From positions 1 through 64,000 of the IMG/VR virus record IMGVR_UViG_3300005056_000002: a stretch of 64,000 nt of DNA. One strand, 5' to 3'. This document shows positions 15,777 to 25,312 of the stretch, in pieces. The stretch is from a virus. The translations under genes and the position numbers were made by a program. Below the pieces are notes generated by a model. That model was not told where the DNA came from, did not search any database, and saw nothing but the letters and a program-made list of their open reading frames with translations. How positions within the stretch are numbered: position 1 is the stretch's first letter; every line of letters starts with the position of its first letter.

Positions 15777-17138
15777 ATGCCAAAAGAAGGAACTGGTGGA
15801 AGCACCGATATAGACGATCAAATCTCATTAGAGAACCCAATAGAGCCAGGTTTTGCTCCTACTCCTGAGGATGCTGCAAGTGCTAAAGCTGCTGAACAAG
15901 CTGCTGCTGCATTAGCTGCTGAAGCTGAGAAAGACAAAGGAACTAGGACTCCACCATCTTCTACTACAGGGGATGACGCAGTGACACAAACACAAGAAGA
16001 AATGGAAGTAGGGGCTAAGCCCTTACTTCTTTCTTTAGTTGATGATGCTACTATCACTGACGAGAACAAAGCTATCAAGGCAGAATTACTTACCAAGTAT
16101 GGTGGTACTGCTGTAGATACTGAGGGAAACGTTGTTGATGCAGAAGGTAACATCAAAGGTGCTTTTGCTGATATCGCTAAGTATATGATGGAGGACGAAG
16201 CACTTACTGTAAACGCTGATGGCGATGAAGTAAATGCTGAGGGGGAAGTAACGAGAACCGCTTATCAACTAGCAGTTGATACAACTGCTGTTAATAAGAT
16301 TCATGACAACTCAGACTATGAGTTTAAGGGTGAAGATGGTAATAATAAAGTGTATACAGACAATGACGAAGGTGTCATGGATTTTGCAACTGATGTTGCT
16401 AATGATATGAACGAAGAGTGGAAGGAGGCTTTCTTCGCTCAAAATGCTGAGTTACAAGATGTATCTAAACACTTATTAGGCGGAGGTACAATGGCTGACT
16501 ATGAAGCTAGTGTAGATTACTCTGATATAGATACTACAAAACTTAGTGCTACTGAACAAGAAGCCTATGTTAGAAAGTCTCTACAGATTAGTCAACTACC
16601 TGCTGACCAAGTTGACTCAATTGTACAGATGTACAAAGATGGTAATGCTTTGGGTAAACAAGTGGATGCAGCAATTGCAAACCTTACCAAGCATGAAGCT
16701 GACAAGAGTACCAATGCTACTGCTGCGTACGAAGCGCAAATTGAAGCTAACAATGCTGCTGCTGACAAATATTGGAATGAAGTAGATGCTATTGTTGAGA
16801 AAGGAGATTTAGCAGGTATAAGTGTACCTAAAGCTGAGAAGAGTGCGTTTACTACGTACCTATCTGCTCCTGTTAACAAGAAAGGACAAAGTCAAGATAT
16901 GCTTGACGAGTCTTCTGCTACAGAACAACAAAAGTTAGCTGCTGCGTATATACGCTTCAAGAAGTACGACTACTCTACACTTGGTAAAGGACAAGCAAGT
17001 AACGAGAGAGTTAAGTCATTGCGAGAGCAAATGAGAGCGAGTGGAAAGATAAAGACCAATACCCCTGTAAGTGATAATGCTGGTAATGCTGCAAGAACAC
17101 GAGTGGATAATGAAATTAGTTTATCTAACATGCTATAA
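15777..17138 (+). CDS. scaffolding-like protein (acidic, Ala-rich, helical)
   Basis: 453 aa, low-complexity acidic/Ala-rich (AASAKAAEQAAAALAAEAEKDK...). Sits between the portal and the capsid-size gene. Confidence 0.5.
   Translation: MPKEGTGGSTDIDDQISLENPIEPGFAPTPEDAASAKAAEQAAAALAAEAEKDKGTRTPPSSTTGDDAVTQTQEEMEVGAKPLLLSLVDDATITDENKAIKAELLTKYGGTAVDTEGNVVDAEGNIKGAFADIAKYMMEDEALTVNADGDEVNAEGEVTRTAYQLAVDTTAVNKIHDNSDYEFKGEDGNNKVYTDNDEGVMDFATDVANDMNEEWKEAFFAQNAELQDVSKHLLGGGTMADYEASVDYSDIDTTKLSATEQEAYVRKSLQISQLPADQVDSIVQMYKDGNALGKQVDAAIANLTKHEADKSTNATAAYEAQIEANNAAADKYWNEVDAIVEKGDLAGISVPKAEKSAFTTYLSAPVNKKGQSQDMLDESSATEQQKLAAAYIRFKKYDYSTLGKGQASNERVKSLREQMRASGKIKTNTPVSDNAGNAARTRVDNEISLSNML
15948..15972 (+). 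repeat. ACTCC-N-ACAGGG motif copy (inside scaffold-like gene, phase 0)
   Basis: ACTCCACCATCTTCTACTACAGGGG, spacer 13. Encodes TPPSSTTG. Confidence 0.8.
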
Positions 17139-17172
17139 AACTAGTATTATTAACTAAAATTAGAAGAGAACA

Positions 17173-18672
17173 ATGATTACAACATTTCCTGGGATTAAAG
17201 AAGCCCAAATTGTTAAACATGAAACCTTTGATGGAACTGGGTTTACCAACAACAACTCGTTAGCTAAGATGCGAATGAGTAAGAGTGAAAGTTTGAATCC
17301 TGTTATTACTCACTTGATGGGTAATGAGAACAAGAAGTTCCCACTTACCTTTTTAACAGAAGGACAACGTGGAGGTATCAAGACCAACTCTATCGAAGAT
17401 ATAGAATACCACTGGAACGTTCAAGGTAAAAGAAAGCGTTCTGATACTATCGTATCACATGAGTACGCTAGTAATGCACAACCTGGTTTAAGAGGTGCTA
17501 TCTTAAAGGTTATCTTTAAGACAGACTGGCTTAAGCAACAACACACTGTTCACACACCTAATGGTAAGCAATTACGTATCTTAGGTAAAGGTGAAAGAGT
17601 GTCTACTGGATTTGAATACTCTTTCCAGTTAATCTATAGAGACTTAGATGACTATTGTCCTGTATCAGAGATGACCTCTGGAACTAGATGGGTAATGGTT
17701 GGTGGTGCTACTGTAGCTGAATCTTACTCTAGTGGTAATGAAAGCAACAAGCAAGCGCCAGGTAAGATAAAGAACCAAATCTCTATCTTAAGAAAGTCTT
17801 ATGAATTTGGTGGTAACATCAAGAACAGAACTGTAGAGTTTAAGTTCAAGACAGCTAGTGGAACTACAAACTACTGGATGCCTTATGAAGAGTACCAACA
17901 TGAAATGTCTTTTAAAGAAGATTGTGAAGAGCACTTATGGTGGTCAACTTACAACAGAGACAAGCATGGTAACATTACTACTATTGACCCTAACACAGGT
18001 TTCCCAATTCCAATTGGTGGTGGAGTAGATGACCAAATTCCTAACAAAGATACTTATGGTCGTTTGACTGTATCTAAGTTACATAACACTGTAGGTGACG
18101 TATTGTACGGAGCAACCGATACAGGGAACATGGACGTAGTATTATTTACAGGTGTAGGTGGTACTAGAGAATTTGATGCAGCTATTAAGCGTGAAGCTAA
18201 TGGTGCAGGTGGATGGGCTTTACTAGAAGGTAGTGCTGCTGACAAGTTTGTAACAGGTGAAGGTAGTAACCTTAAATATGGTGCTTACTTTAGTACATAC
18301 AGACATATTGATGGTCACACTATCACATTGAAGTCTTTACCTTTATTAGACCAAGGTGGACGTGCTGAGAACTCGCCTAAGCATCCTGAATCTGGATTAC
18401 CATTAACTTCTTACGAAATGTACTTCTTAGATATGAGTACTTACGATGGGGAGAGAAATATCCAAATGGTAAACCAAAAAGGTAGAAACTTAGTTAGAGG
18501 TATCGAGCAAGGTATGACTTTAATCAAAGGTAACAGTTATGGAGATTACAACGGTAATGCGTTGGCTTTATCAACTGACCAAGATAAGAGTTCTGTACAC
18601 TTCATGAAAACTCTAGGAGTTTGTATTAGAAGAAACACTCACTGTTTCAAATTAAGCTGTGACTTAAACTAA
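17173..18672 (+). CDS. major capsid protein (putative)
   Basis: 499 aa, follows the scaffold-like gene, and is followed by the strongest intrinsic terminator in the window (18701..18731). Position and size argument only. Confidence 0.6.
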   Translation: MITTFPGIKEAQIVKHETFDGTGFTNNNSLAKMRMSKSESLNPVITHLMGNENKKFPLTFLTEGQRGGIKTNSIEDIEYHWNVQGKRKRSDTIVSHEYASNAQPGLRGAILKVIFKTDWLKQQHTVHTPNGKQLRILGKGERVSTGFEYSFQLIYRDLDDYCPVSEMTSGTRWVMVGGATVAESYSSGNESNKQAPGKIKNQISILRKSYEFGGNIKNRTVEFKFKTASGTTNYWMPYEEYQHEMSFKEDCEEHLWWSTYNRDKHGNITTIDPNTGFPIPIGGGVDDQIPNKDTYGRLTVSKLHNTVGDVLYGATDTGNMDVVLFTGVGGTREFDAAIKREANGAGGWALLEGSAADKFVTGEGSNLKYGAYFSTYRHIDGHTITLKSLPLLDQGGRAENSPKHPESGLPLTSYEMYFLDMSTYDGERNIQMVNQKGRNLVRGIEQGMTLIKGNSYGDYNGNALALSTDQDKSSVHFMKTLGVCIRRNTHCFKLSCDLN

Positions 18673-18700
18673 GCACAACAAGTAAATTTATAATGTATAA

Positions 18701-18731
18701 GAAAGTCCAACTCATGTTGGACTTTCTTTTT
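18701..18731 (+). terminator. intrinsic terminator after capsid-size gene
   Basis: Perfect 11-bp stem GAAAGTCCAAC / GTTGGACTTTC, loop TCAT, then TTTTT. Confidence 0.85.
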
Positions 18732-18745
18732 AAACAATAAAAATA

Positions 18746-19738
18746 ATGGCAAGTAAGCAATACAATTTTGAAAGTAAAATAGAATTATCTATTAGAAGAG
18801 TGGATGGAACTAGTCTTCCTGGTGATGACCCAACAGATCATAACGTTAAGATAGGTTCAGCTCTACATGGTAAAGCACCACTTAGAGGGTTCACTACTCC
18901 TGAGGAACAAAAGTACTTACCTGAGTTAATTGGTATAGACCCTTCGGACAATGAGTTCAGAAAGAATGTATCAGATTATTGGTCTAACATATCTGTAGGA
19001 GTTCCTGCTGATGGTGTTACTGCTGAGAAGCTACAAGGTAAGATTATTACTTTTAGTATTTGGTTCGAGAAAGAAGCTGATAAGAAGAAGTTTGAAGATG
19101 CTGAGAGAGAAGGAGCATTAGACCCTGTTAGTACTTTTGATAAGAAGGCTAATATCTTAAAGGAATTAGAGAAGGTACATGGGTTTCAAATAGAGGAACA
19201 TGACTTCGCTGACTATGCTTTATTTAGATACTGTATAGTATATGGTAGAGTAGCCAACGACTTCAAAGATAGAAAAGCTAGTCCAAAGATTAGATTCTAT
19301 ATGTATAGTAAACAAAATCAAACTAAGGCTGCACATGTCTTACTTAAGAGTCGTAATGATGCTAGAACAGCTTTCATTAATGCTCTATCTGAGGATAGCA
19401 TTGTAGATGCTTTGTTGATTATGTTTAAGCAACCATTAGCTGCTTTTGATACTATGCAAGATAAACATCTAGCACTAGAAGGTTTTGCTGAGAAATCACC
19501 TGTGGACTTTGTTAAGTTTTCTAAGGATACTAACATTAGAGTTAAATCTGTTATTCTTAAAGCTGTAAGTAAGGGGATTATAAACAACCCTACTAATACA
19601 GAGACTTACTATTATGGTGAGCAGAATGAGGTTAAGCTTGGTAGTACTCTTACGGAAGCTGTATTATTTTTGACTTCTACGGAAGTTGACAAAGTAAAAT
19701 ATAGAGACGCTATTATGGCGCAACTTAAAAACATTTAA
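18746..19738 (+). CDS. hypothetical virion-module protein (330 aa)
   Basis: ORF in the structural gene train. No motif recognised. Confidence 0.55.
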   Translation: MASKQYNFESKIELSIRRVDGTSLPGDDPTDHNVKIGSALHGKAPLRGFTTPEEQKYLPELIGIDPSDNEFRKNVSDYWSNISVGVPADGVTAEKLQGKIITFSIWFEKEADKKKFEDAEREGALDPVSTFDKKANILKELEKVHGFQIEEHDFADYALFRYCIVYGRVANDFKDRKASPKIRFYMYSKQNQTKAAHVLLKSRNDARTAFINALSEDSIVDALLIMFKQPLAAFDTMQDKHLALEGFAEKSPVDFVKFSKDTNIRVKSVILKAVSKGIINNPTNTETYYYGEQNEVKLGSTLTEAVLFLTSTEVDKVKYRDAIMAQLKNI

Positions 19739-19745
19739 TTAAACT

Positions 19746-20828
19746 ATGACTACTCGTGAAATGCACGTTGGTATAGACTTAGGACTACAGAAGATTAATA
19801 GTCAGATAACCATGAATATTCGCTCGGAAGAGAAAGATTGGTTCTTGATTAACGAAGTAGAGAAGTATATAAACCAACGAACTAATAAGGAAGCGGATCT
19901 GAAAAAGAGAGGTTTCCAAGGAACTGCCAAACGAGTAGACGATGTTAAGGATTTAATTAGAACAGAAAACATACTAATTGAAGTAGATGATAGAGGGAAA
20001 GAGTTTATACGCTTTCCCTCTAATTATTTACACTATATCCGATTTGATGCTTACTCCGTTAGGGAGTGTGCTATTACTAAGAGTAAAGCTACTACGCAGA
20101 TGTATACTGCTAAGATAGACTTACTCTTTCCTACTAGTACGTTAGCAGCATATAAGATAGACCTCCTAGCAGCGTCTACCACTACTACACTATTTGATGT
20201 AGATGATTTGCCTTCTGATTATATAGTAGACTTAGAGTTTGCTAAACAGAAGTTCTTATTGATTAAAGCAATCAAGATAAAGTTAGAGAAGAAGGTGAGG
20301 GAGGTTTTGTCTCCACTAGCTTCTATTTACTGGGAAAACGGAAATTATGATAGTATCACGATAGAGAGTCCAGTAGTGTTCAATAGCGTAACTGTTATTA
20401 GGACTGATGAAGATAGTACGGACGAAACACCTCCTTTACTAACTACTAGTGTTAATGCTAGTACTAAGGAATATAAGGGATATGCGATTGGTGATACCCC
20501 TTTAAAAGCAAAGACAAGGGTGGTAAGTGAAGAATTTTTCACTGATGTAGAAAATTCTTCGATCTCGAATAGTCGCCCTGAATCGCCTGTATCTAGGGTG
20601 GTTTTGGACACTTTGGAGTTAGCCAAAACGCCAAGTGTGGTATTTGGCTCAGTCGATATTACCTACATTTGCAAGCCAAATATAATTGACCTATCTTTGG
20701 GTAGCGACTTAAATATGAGTACAAGTGTTTGTAGAGAGATAGTATCTAATACTGTTAGATATCTTAAAGCTCTACTAGAGGATGGTAATTACCAAGCCTT
20801 CGCACAAGAGAACGTACTAATAGAATAA
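19746..20828 (+). CDS. hypothetical virion-module protein (360 aa)
   Basis: ORF in the structural gene train. Confidence 0.55.
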   Translation: MTTREMHVGIDLGLQKINSQITMNIRSEEKDWFLINEVEKYINQRTNKEADLKKRGFQGTAKRVDDVKDLIRTENILIEVDDRGKEFIRFPSNYLHYIRFDAYSVRECAITKSKATTQMYTAKIDLLFPTSTLAAYKIDLLAASTTTTLFDVDDLPSDYIVDLEFAKQKFLLIKAIKIKLEKKVREVLSPLASIYWENGNYDSITIESPVVFNSVTVIRTDEDSTDETPPLLTTSVNASTKEYKGYAIGDTPLKAKTRVVSEEFFTDVENSSISNSRPESPVSRVVLDTLELAKTPSVVFGSVDITYICKPNIIDLSLGSDLNMSTSVCREIVSNTVRYLKALLEDGNYQAFAQENVLIE

Positions 20829-20846
20829 CAATTAAAAGATAAGATT

Positions 20847-21833
20847 ATGAATAAAATGTATGTATTAAAGGATGTAGCCTTCGGAACGAAAGTAGGAGGT
20901 GGTATAGTAGCCGACATCAATGAAGTAGATGAATTAGCGCCAGGTGCTACAGCTTTCTTTAATGAGAAGGGTGTATACTTAACTGCTATACTTTTAGCAA
21001 CACCTGCTACCTTAGCTGATCAAAAGACAGTTACTATGGCTGTAGGTCGTAACGATGGAGGTACGCAAATCTTTACTGTTCCACGTAAAGACGTAGATGT
21101 AAATAGAGGTAACTTTAGAGCATTTACTCGTCCTACTATTAATGTAGGTGGTGTTACTGCTCAATTAAACTTACCTATTACTGGTACAGGTGATGTAAGC
21201 ATCAAGATTAATGATACTACTCATACTTCTGCTTTCAATATCAGAACTAAGAATGTATCAGTTTATAAGACTGCTGCTATGTCTGCTGAGAATGTAGTTG
21301 ATGAATTAGTAACAAGGATAAACAAGATCACTTGGTTGTCTGCTGTTAAGTTAAACGCTACTACCAATTACGGTATTGCTATTACTCCAACACAAGACCA
21401 AGTAACTATCTCTGTTCATGCAAGTGAAATGATTGCTGATGCTGATATTAGTATTGCTACTGATTTTGTTTACGGACAAGGAGTTGGTACTGATGTATTA
21501 CAAATGGAGAAAGACTTTAGCACAGAAGAAGGTAATAGTAACCCTATTGACTGGAACGCTGAGTACTACCCAAGAGTAATGGAAGTTAATCCTAATGGTA
21601 ATTATGATTTAGTATCATTGAAGTGGGTTGGACAACATCAAACTCCAACTACATTCAAGAATGTAATGAATAACAACTTGGTATTCTCTTCTGTTAATGG
21701 GGCGACTAATCAAAGTGCTACCTTAGTAGTAGCTTTATTGGCTTTAATCTTCGGAACTGCTTATACTGCTGATGCTGGAGCTGAGACTGCTACCGATAGT
21801 GGAACTCAACATGATGGTATCGCAGGAAACTAA
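20847..21833 (+). CDS. hypothetical abundant structural protein (328 aa)
   Basis: ORF followed by a perfect 12-bp hairpin plus T-run terminator (21883..21914), suggesting high expression. No motif recognised. Confidence 0.55.
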   Translation: MNKMYVLKDVAFGTKVGGGIVADINEVDELAPGATAFFNEKGVYLTAILLATPATLADQKTVTMAVGRNDGGTQIFTVPRKDVDVNRGNFRAFTRPTINVGGVTAQLNLPITGTGDVSIKINDTTHTSAFNIRTKNVSVYKTAAMSAENVVDELVTRINKITWLSAVKLNATTNYGIAITPTQDQVTISVHASEMIADADISIATDFVYGQGVGTDVLQMEKDFSTEEGNSNPIDWNAEYYPRVMEVNPNGNYDLVSLKWVGQHQTPTTFKNVMNNNLVFSSVNGATNQSATLVVALLALIFGTAYTADAGAETATDSGTQHDGIAGN

Positions 21834-21882
21834 TTGATGTAAATTTGGTAATAACTTATAGTATAAGTTTGTTAATAATGGA

Positions 21883-21914
21883 AAACCTTACTATGCAAAT
21901 AGTAAGGTTTTTTT
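21883..21914 (+). terminator. intrinsic terminator after 20847..21833
   Basis: Perfect 12-bp stem AAACCTTACTAT / ATAGTAAGGTTT, loop GCAA, with the T-run continuing to 21914. Confidence 0.8.
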
Positions 21915-21932
21915 ATATAAAATAAGAAACAG

Positions 21933-22991
21933 ATGGCAATTGTATATACAATAAAGAAGATAAAAGATGACCAAGTTCTAACAGTAAGTCAAGATACTAC
22001 ATATACTTTATTACTAGGACTTAGAGTCATAGAATCAAAGAGTGTAATATCAGGAAGTACTACTATATTAACTGCTCATTCAGATGGAGATTACACCATC
22101 AACCTAACTGCTGATTCTGAGCCTGATGCTTCGGGTACGTTCTCAGTGGTAAGATACCTACAAAATTCAATCATACTAGATTCTCTAAATCTACTATGTG
22201 ATTGTGGGTGTACTACGTCTATCTCTAGCAATAACTGCGTAAAGGGGAATGACTTGAAAGTAATAAAGAATAAGAACATATTTACTAAACTGCTAACGTT
22301 CCAATCAGTGTACTTATCTAAGTATAGTGAAACTATGTTAGCAGATTTTACTGCTTATATAGAGAAGGTTATAGCAGCAGGTAAATGTAGTACACAAGCT
22401 AAGATAGCTCAGATGACTACAGAGGAATGTATTACTGGCAACAGTACTGATACCACAGAACTATTCAAGTTGTATGTGATAGCTTACTGGTCAGGTATGT
22501 ATTTCATAGAGAAGGCTCAAATAGGGAGTTCAGATACGGAAGAACTGCTTTATTTAGATAAGAAGTTCAAAGTGACCCTTATTAGCGAGTGTATTTGCGG
22601 CTCGTGTGTAACTATGTCCGAATTAGAGGTTTTATTTGGGGTTTTAACGCCACCAATTCAGATATATTCGTTCCAATTTGATGGGGTTCTATTAGGAGTC
22701 TCAGATTTGGAGACAATAGTTACTGATGACTACTTAGAGAATACGGCTACGCTAGAGGATGAAGCTGTACTGATAGTAGGTAAGAATATTGAAGCAGTAT
22801 TTGTAGGTAGAGTTGGGTTTGCTGTTAAGACTACAAACCAAACACCGTATCAGATTTTTGATACATTGGGTAATGATGTTACAACTATTACTTTTACTAC
22901 TGAGTATGATGCTGTTAGAGAAATACTTTTCTATGTAGCTATCAATTCTTCTACACCAAGTACGGTGTTTTATAGATTCGTTAAAAATTAA
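21933..22991 (+). CDS. hypothetical structural protein (352 aa)
   Basis: First ORF after the terminator. Cys-rich central stretch (LLCDCGCTTS, CICGSC). Confidence 0.55.
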   Translation: MAIVYTIKKIKDDQVLTVSQDTTYTLLLGLRVIESKSVISGSTTILTAHSDGDYTINLTADSEPDASGTFSVVRYLQNSIILDSLNLLCDCGCTTSISSNNCVKGNDLKVIKNKNIFTKLLTFQSVYLSKYSETMLADFTAYIEKVIAAGKCSTQAKIAQMTTEECITGNSTDTTELFKLYVIAYWSGMYFIEKAQIGSSDTEELLYLDKKFKVTLISECICGSCVTMSELEVLFGVLTPPIQIYSFQFDGVLLGVSDLETIVTDDYLENTATLEDEAVLIVGKNIEAVFVGRVGFAVKTTNQTPYQIFDTLGNDVTTITFTTEYDAVREILFYVAINSSTPSTVFYRFVKN

Positions 22992-23003
22992 ATATATATA
23001 GAC

Positions 23004-24209
23004 ATGGGAGTAATAGGATTTGGATCGTCACTAAAGACGACAGGGCAGTTTGCTCTAGACCCTAAGATAAGGGCTTTGCTAAAAGCAGAGCTTGAAACCT
23101 TGGGAACTGGGGATGCCAACGCTTATGGGTATTATGAAGATATGGATGTCTTCTGCCTAGAAGATAAGAAAACATATAGATGGAGAGAGGAAGAGTCTGC
23201 GGGAGAAACTGATGGTTTAGTAGCTACTAGTTTCACATACCCACCTGGTCTTATAGTAGAGGGTATTGACTATGGTAACAGAGTCTTTAACTTCTTTGAA
23301 GTAGCATTAGGTGGTGGAGGTAGTCCATTATTTGCACCTACTAATACTAATGGTGCTTTAGAGCTAACAGAAGACCACGGTGGTCTTACTGCTGGAACTA
23401 CTTTAAGTTCTTTGAAACTTATGACTAGGGATGACGTATTGTTTAGTGTACTATTCAAAACTGCTTTTGCTGTTATAAGTAGTAATAGAAGTACTGCTAT
23501 ATCAGGAGTATCAGGAACTACTGTAGAGGTAGGAAGTGTAGTATCTATTACATTTGCTGTAACCTTTAACCAAGGAGCAATTACTAATGGAGACGGTACA
23601 GCAGGACCTGCTTTAGTAGGTACTTTAAACAATGTATTGATAAGAGATATAGCTAATGCTACTATCTATACTGATGCATCACCTGTAGCTAATGCAGCAG
23701 GATATGTACTTAGTAATCATACCTTGATACAGGGTTCTAATAGATGGAGTACTCTATCTAGCTATGATGCTGGAACAGGGACTTATAAGGATAGTACAGG
23801 AGCAACTAGTACTAACTTAGATGGAAGTAGAAATGCAGGAAGCATTAGCTCCAATTCCTCTACTATTACAGGGGTATACAAAATGTTCGTCTTCACAGGG
23901 TCGGCAAGTGGTACACCTTCTACATCAGCAGGAGTAAGAGCATTACCGTTATCTTACTCATTGAATACTTCTAATAACATAACACAGATAGTAGTAGTAC
24001 CTGCTAATACACCAGAGGTAGCTTTTATACTACCTGCTGGAAAGACTGTACAAGTACAAGATACTGGTACGTTTGATATCTTAACTAGAGTGGTTACCGC
24101 AGTAGCAGTAGATGATGCTGGTGGTAGTAGCGTTAGTTATGAGAGACATATTATAAGCCTAGGGGCAGGATTCCCTGGAAGTGCTAACTTTGAAATAACC
24201 GCAACATAA
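23004..24209 (+). CDS. Ser/Thr/Gly-rich structural protein (401 aa)
   Basis: Beta-rich low-complexity composition typical of fibre or decoration proteins. Lies in the tail module. Confidence 0.5.
   Translation: MGVIGFGSSLKTTGQFALDPKIRALLKAELETLGTGDANAYGYYEDMDVFCLEDKKTYRWREEESAGETDGLVATSFTYPPGLIVEGIDYGNRVFNFFEVALGGGGSPLFAPTNTNGALELTEDHGGLTAGTTLSSLKLMTRDDVLFSVLFKTAFAVISSNRSTAISGVSGTTVEVGSVVSITFAVTFNQGAITNGDGTAGPALVGTLNNVLIRDIANATIYTDASPVANAAGYVLSNHTLIQGSNRWSTLSSYDAGTGTYKDSTGATSTNLDGSRNAGSISSNSSTITGVYKMFVFTGSASGTPSTSAGVRALPLSYSLNTSNNITQIVVVPANTPEVAFILPAGKTVQVQDTGTFDILTRVVTAVAVDDAGGSSVSYERHIISLGAGFPGSANFEITAT
23848..23874 (+). repeat. ACTCC-N-ACAGGG motif copy (inside 23004..24209, phase 1)
   Basis: GCTCCAATTCCTCTACTATTACAGGGG, spacer 15. 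The 5' box is GCTCC. Confidence 0.7.
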
Positions 24210-25312
24210 TGGCAGTAGATAATAGACCATCCTTTAATCTATCTAAGAATGTATACACTACACAAGATGGACCACTAGACAAGAAACAGTGGAGGTTTGA
24301 TGATGCTGATAGGGATTTATTAATCACTAGTCAGTTAGTAAAGAAAGGACATGAATTTTATCATGAGACAGATAGTAAGTGGTATAGACTAGGTACTTAC
24401 CCAACGCCAGGGAGTTTAACTGGTGTTGTTTGGGTAGATGGTAGATCGGTAGCAGGTAGTACTACTGTTGTTACTGATAACCTTACTTCTGATAGTGCTA
24501 CAGAAGCTTTATCCGCTAAGCAAGGTAAGGTGCTTAAAACAGCAGTAGACGCTAAGGTTACTTATCCTAGTGCGGATAGTACTAAAGTAGGTCATATAAC
24601 TGTGACACAAGCAGTAAATTTAGACACTATGGAGTCTGGACTTGCTTTAGCAATAATCCTAAAAGGAGAATGGGATTCTACAACAGGTTCTTTTCCTTCG
24701 GGGTCAGTAAAGAAAGGTTGGAGTTATACTGTTTCAGATCAAGTTACTCTTTCAAATAAGGCTTTTGGAGAAGGAGATAGGCTTGTAGCTTTAATTGATA
24801 ATCCATCTACTACTGTTTATTTAGCCAACTGGCAAACACTTGTAGGTGATGTATCGGCAATAAAAGCAGATATACTTCTTAAACAAGATATATTATTACC
24901 TTTATCACCAGCTCTTACGCCTATAGGGTCACCTGTAGATAGTCATGAGATAAATGTAACACTAACACAATTAAAAAGTACTGAGACTTTATTTGTTATC
25001 GACTTATTACCTAGTAGTACAAATACAACTGTTATTAATTTTCCTGTAGTTACAGAGTTTAAATTAGTAGGGTTCTATTTCACAACCAGTGGAGCAGGAG
25101 TGACCCATACTATTAAGTTTGGGCAAACTACAAATCAAGAGATATATAACAAGGTCTCAAGTAGTATTGATTTAGTAACAACAGGCGGTACTTTATTTGG
25201 AGCGTCAGGTCTTCTTACCACAAGAGAACATCAAGTACTTTGTGATATAAAGTTAGATGGGGTAATTAATAAGGTGCTAGTGAAGTACACTAGCACAATA
25301 AGCAGAAACTAA
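24209..25312 (+). CDS. tail-fibre-like protein (367 aa)
   Basis: TDNLTSDSATEALSAKQGKVLKTAVDAK resembles the conserved S-x-(S/T)-A-x-S-A-K-x-(G/V)-K motif seen in many phage tail fibre proteins. ATG overlaps the upstream stop. Confidence 0.45.
   Translation: MAVDNRPSFNLSKNVYTTQDGPLDKKQWRFDDADRDLLITSQLVKKGHEFYHETDSKWYRLGTYPTPGSLTGVVWVDGRSVAGSTTVVTDNLTSDSATEALSAKQGKVLKTAVDAKVTYPSADSTKVGHITVTQAVNLDTMESGLALAIILKGEWDSTTGSFPSGSVKKGWSYTVSDQVTLSNKAFGEGDRLVALIDNPSTTVYLANWQTLVGDVSAIKADILLKQDILLPLSPALTPIGSPVDSHEINVTLTQLKSTETLFVIDLLPSSTNTTVINFPVVTEFKLVGFYFTTSGAGVTHTIKFGQTTNQEIYNKVSSSIDLVTTGGTLFGASGLLTTREHQVLCDIKLDGVINKVLVKYTSTISRN

Noticed and set aside
21844-21871. Good-looking Bacteroidota promoter TTTG-N16-TAAGTTTG
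   Set aside because: It lies between the stop of 20847..21833 and that gene's terminator hairpin (21883..21914), so a transcript from it would immediately terminate. It is likely a chance match in AT-rich DNA, unless the hairpin is an attenuator. Not reported as a feature.
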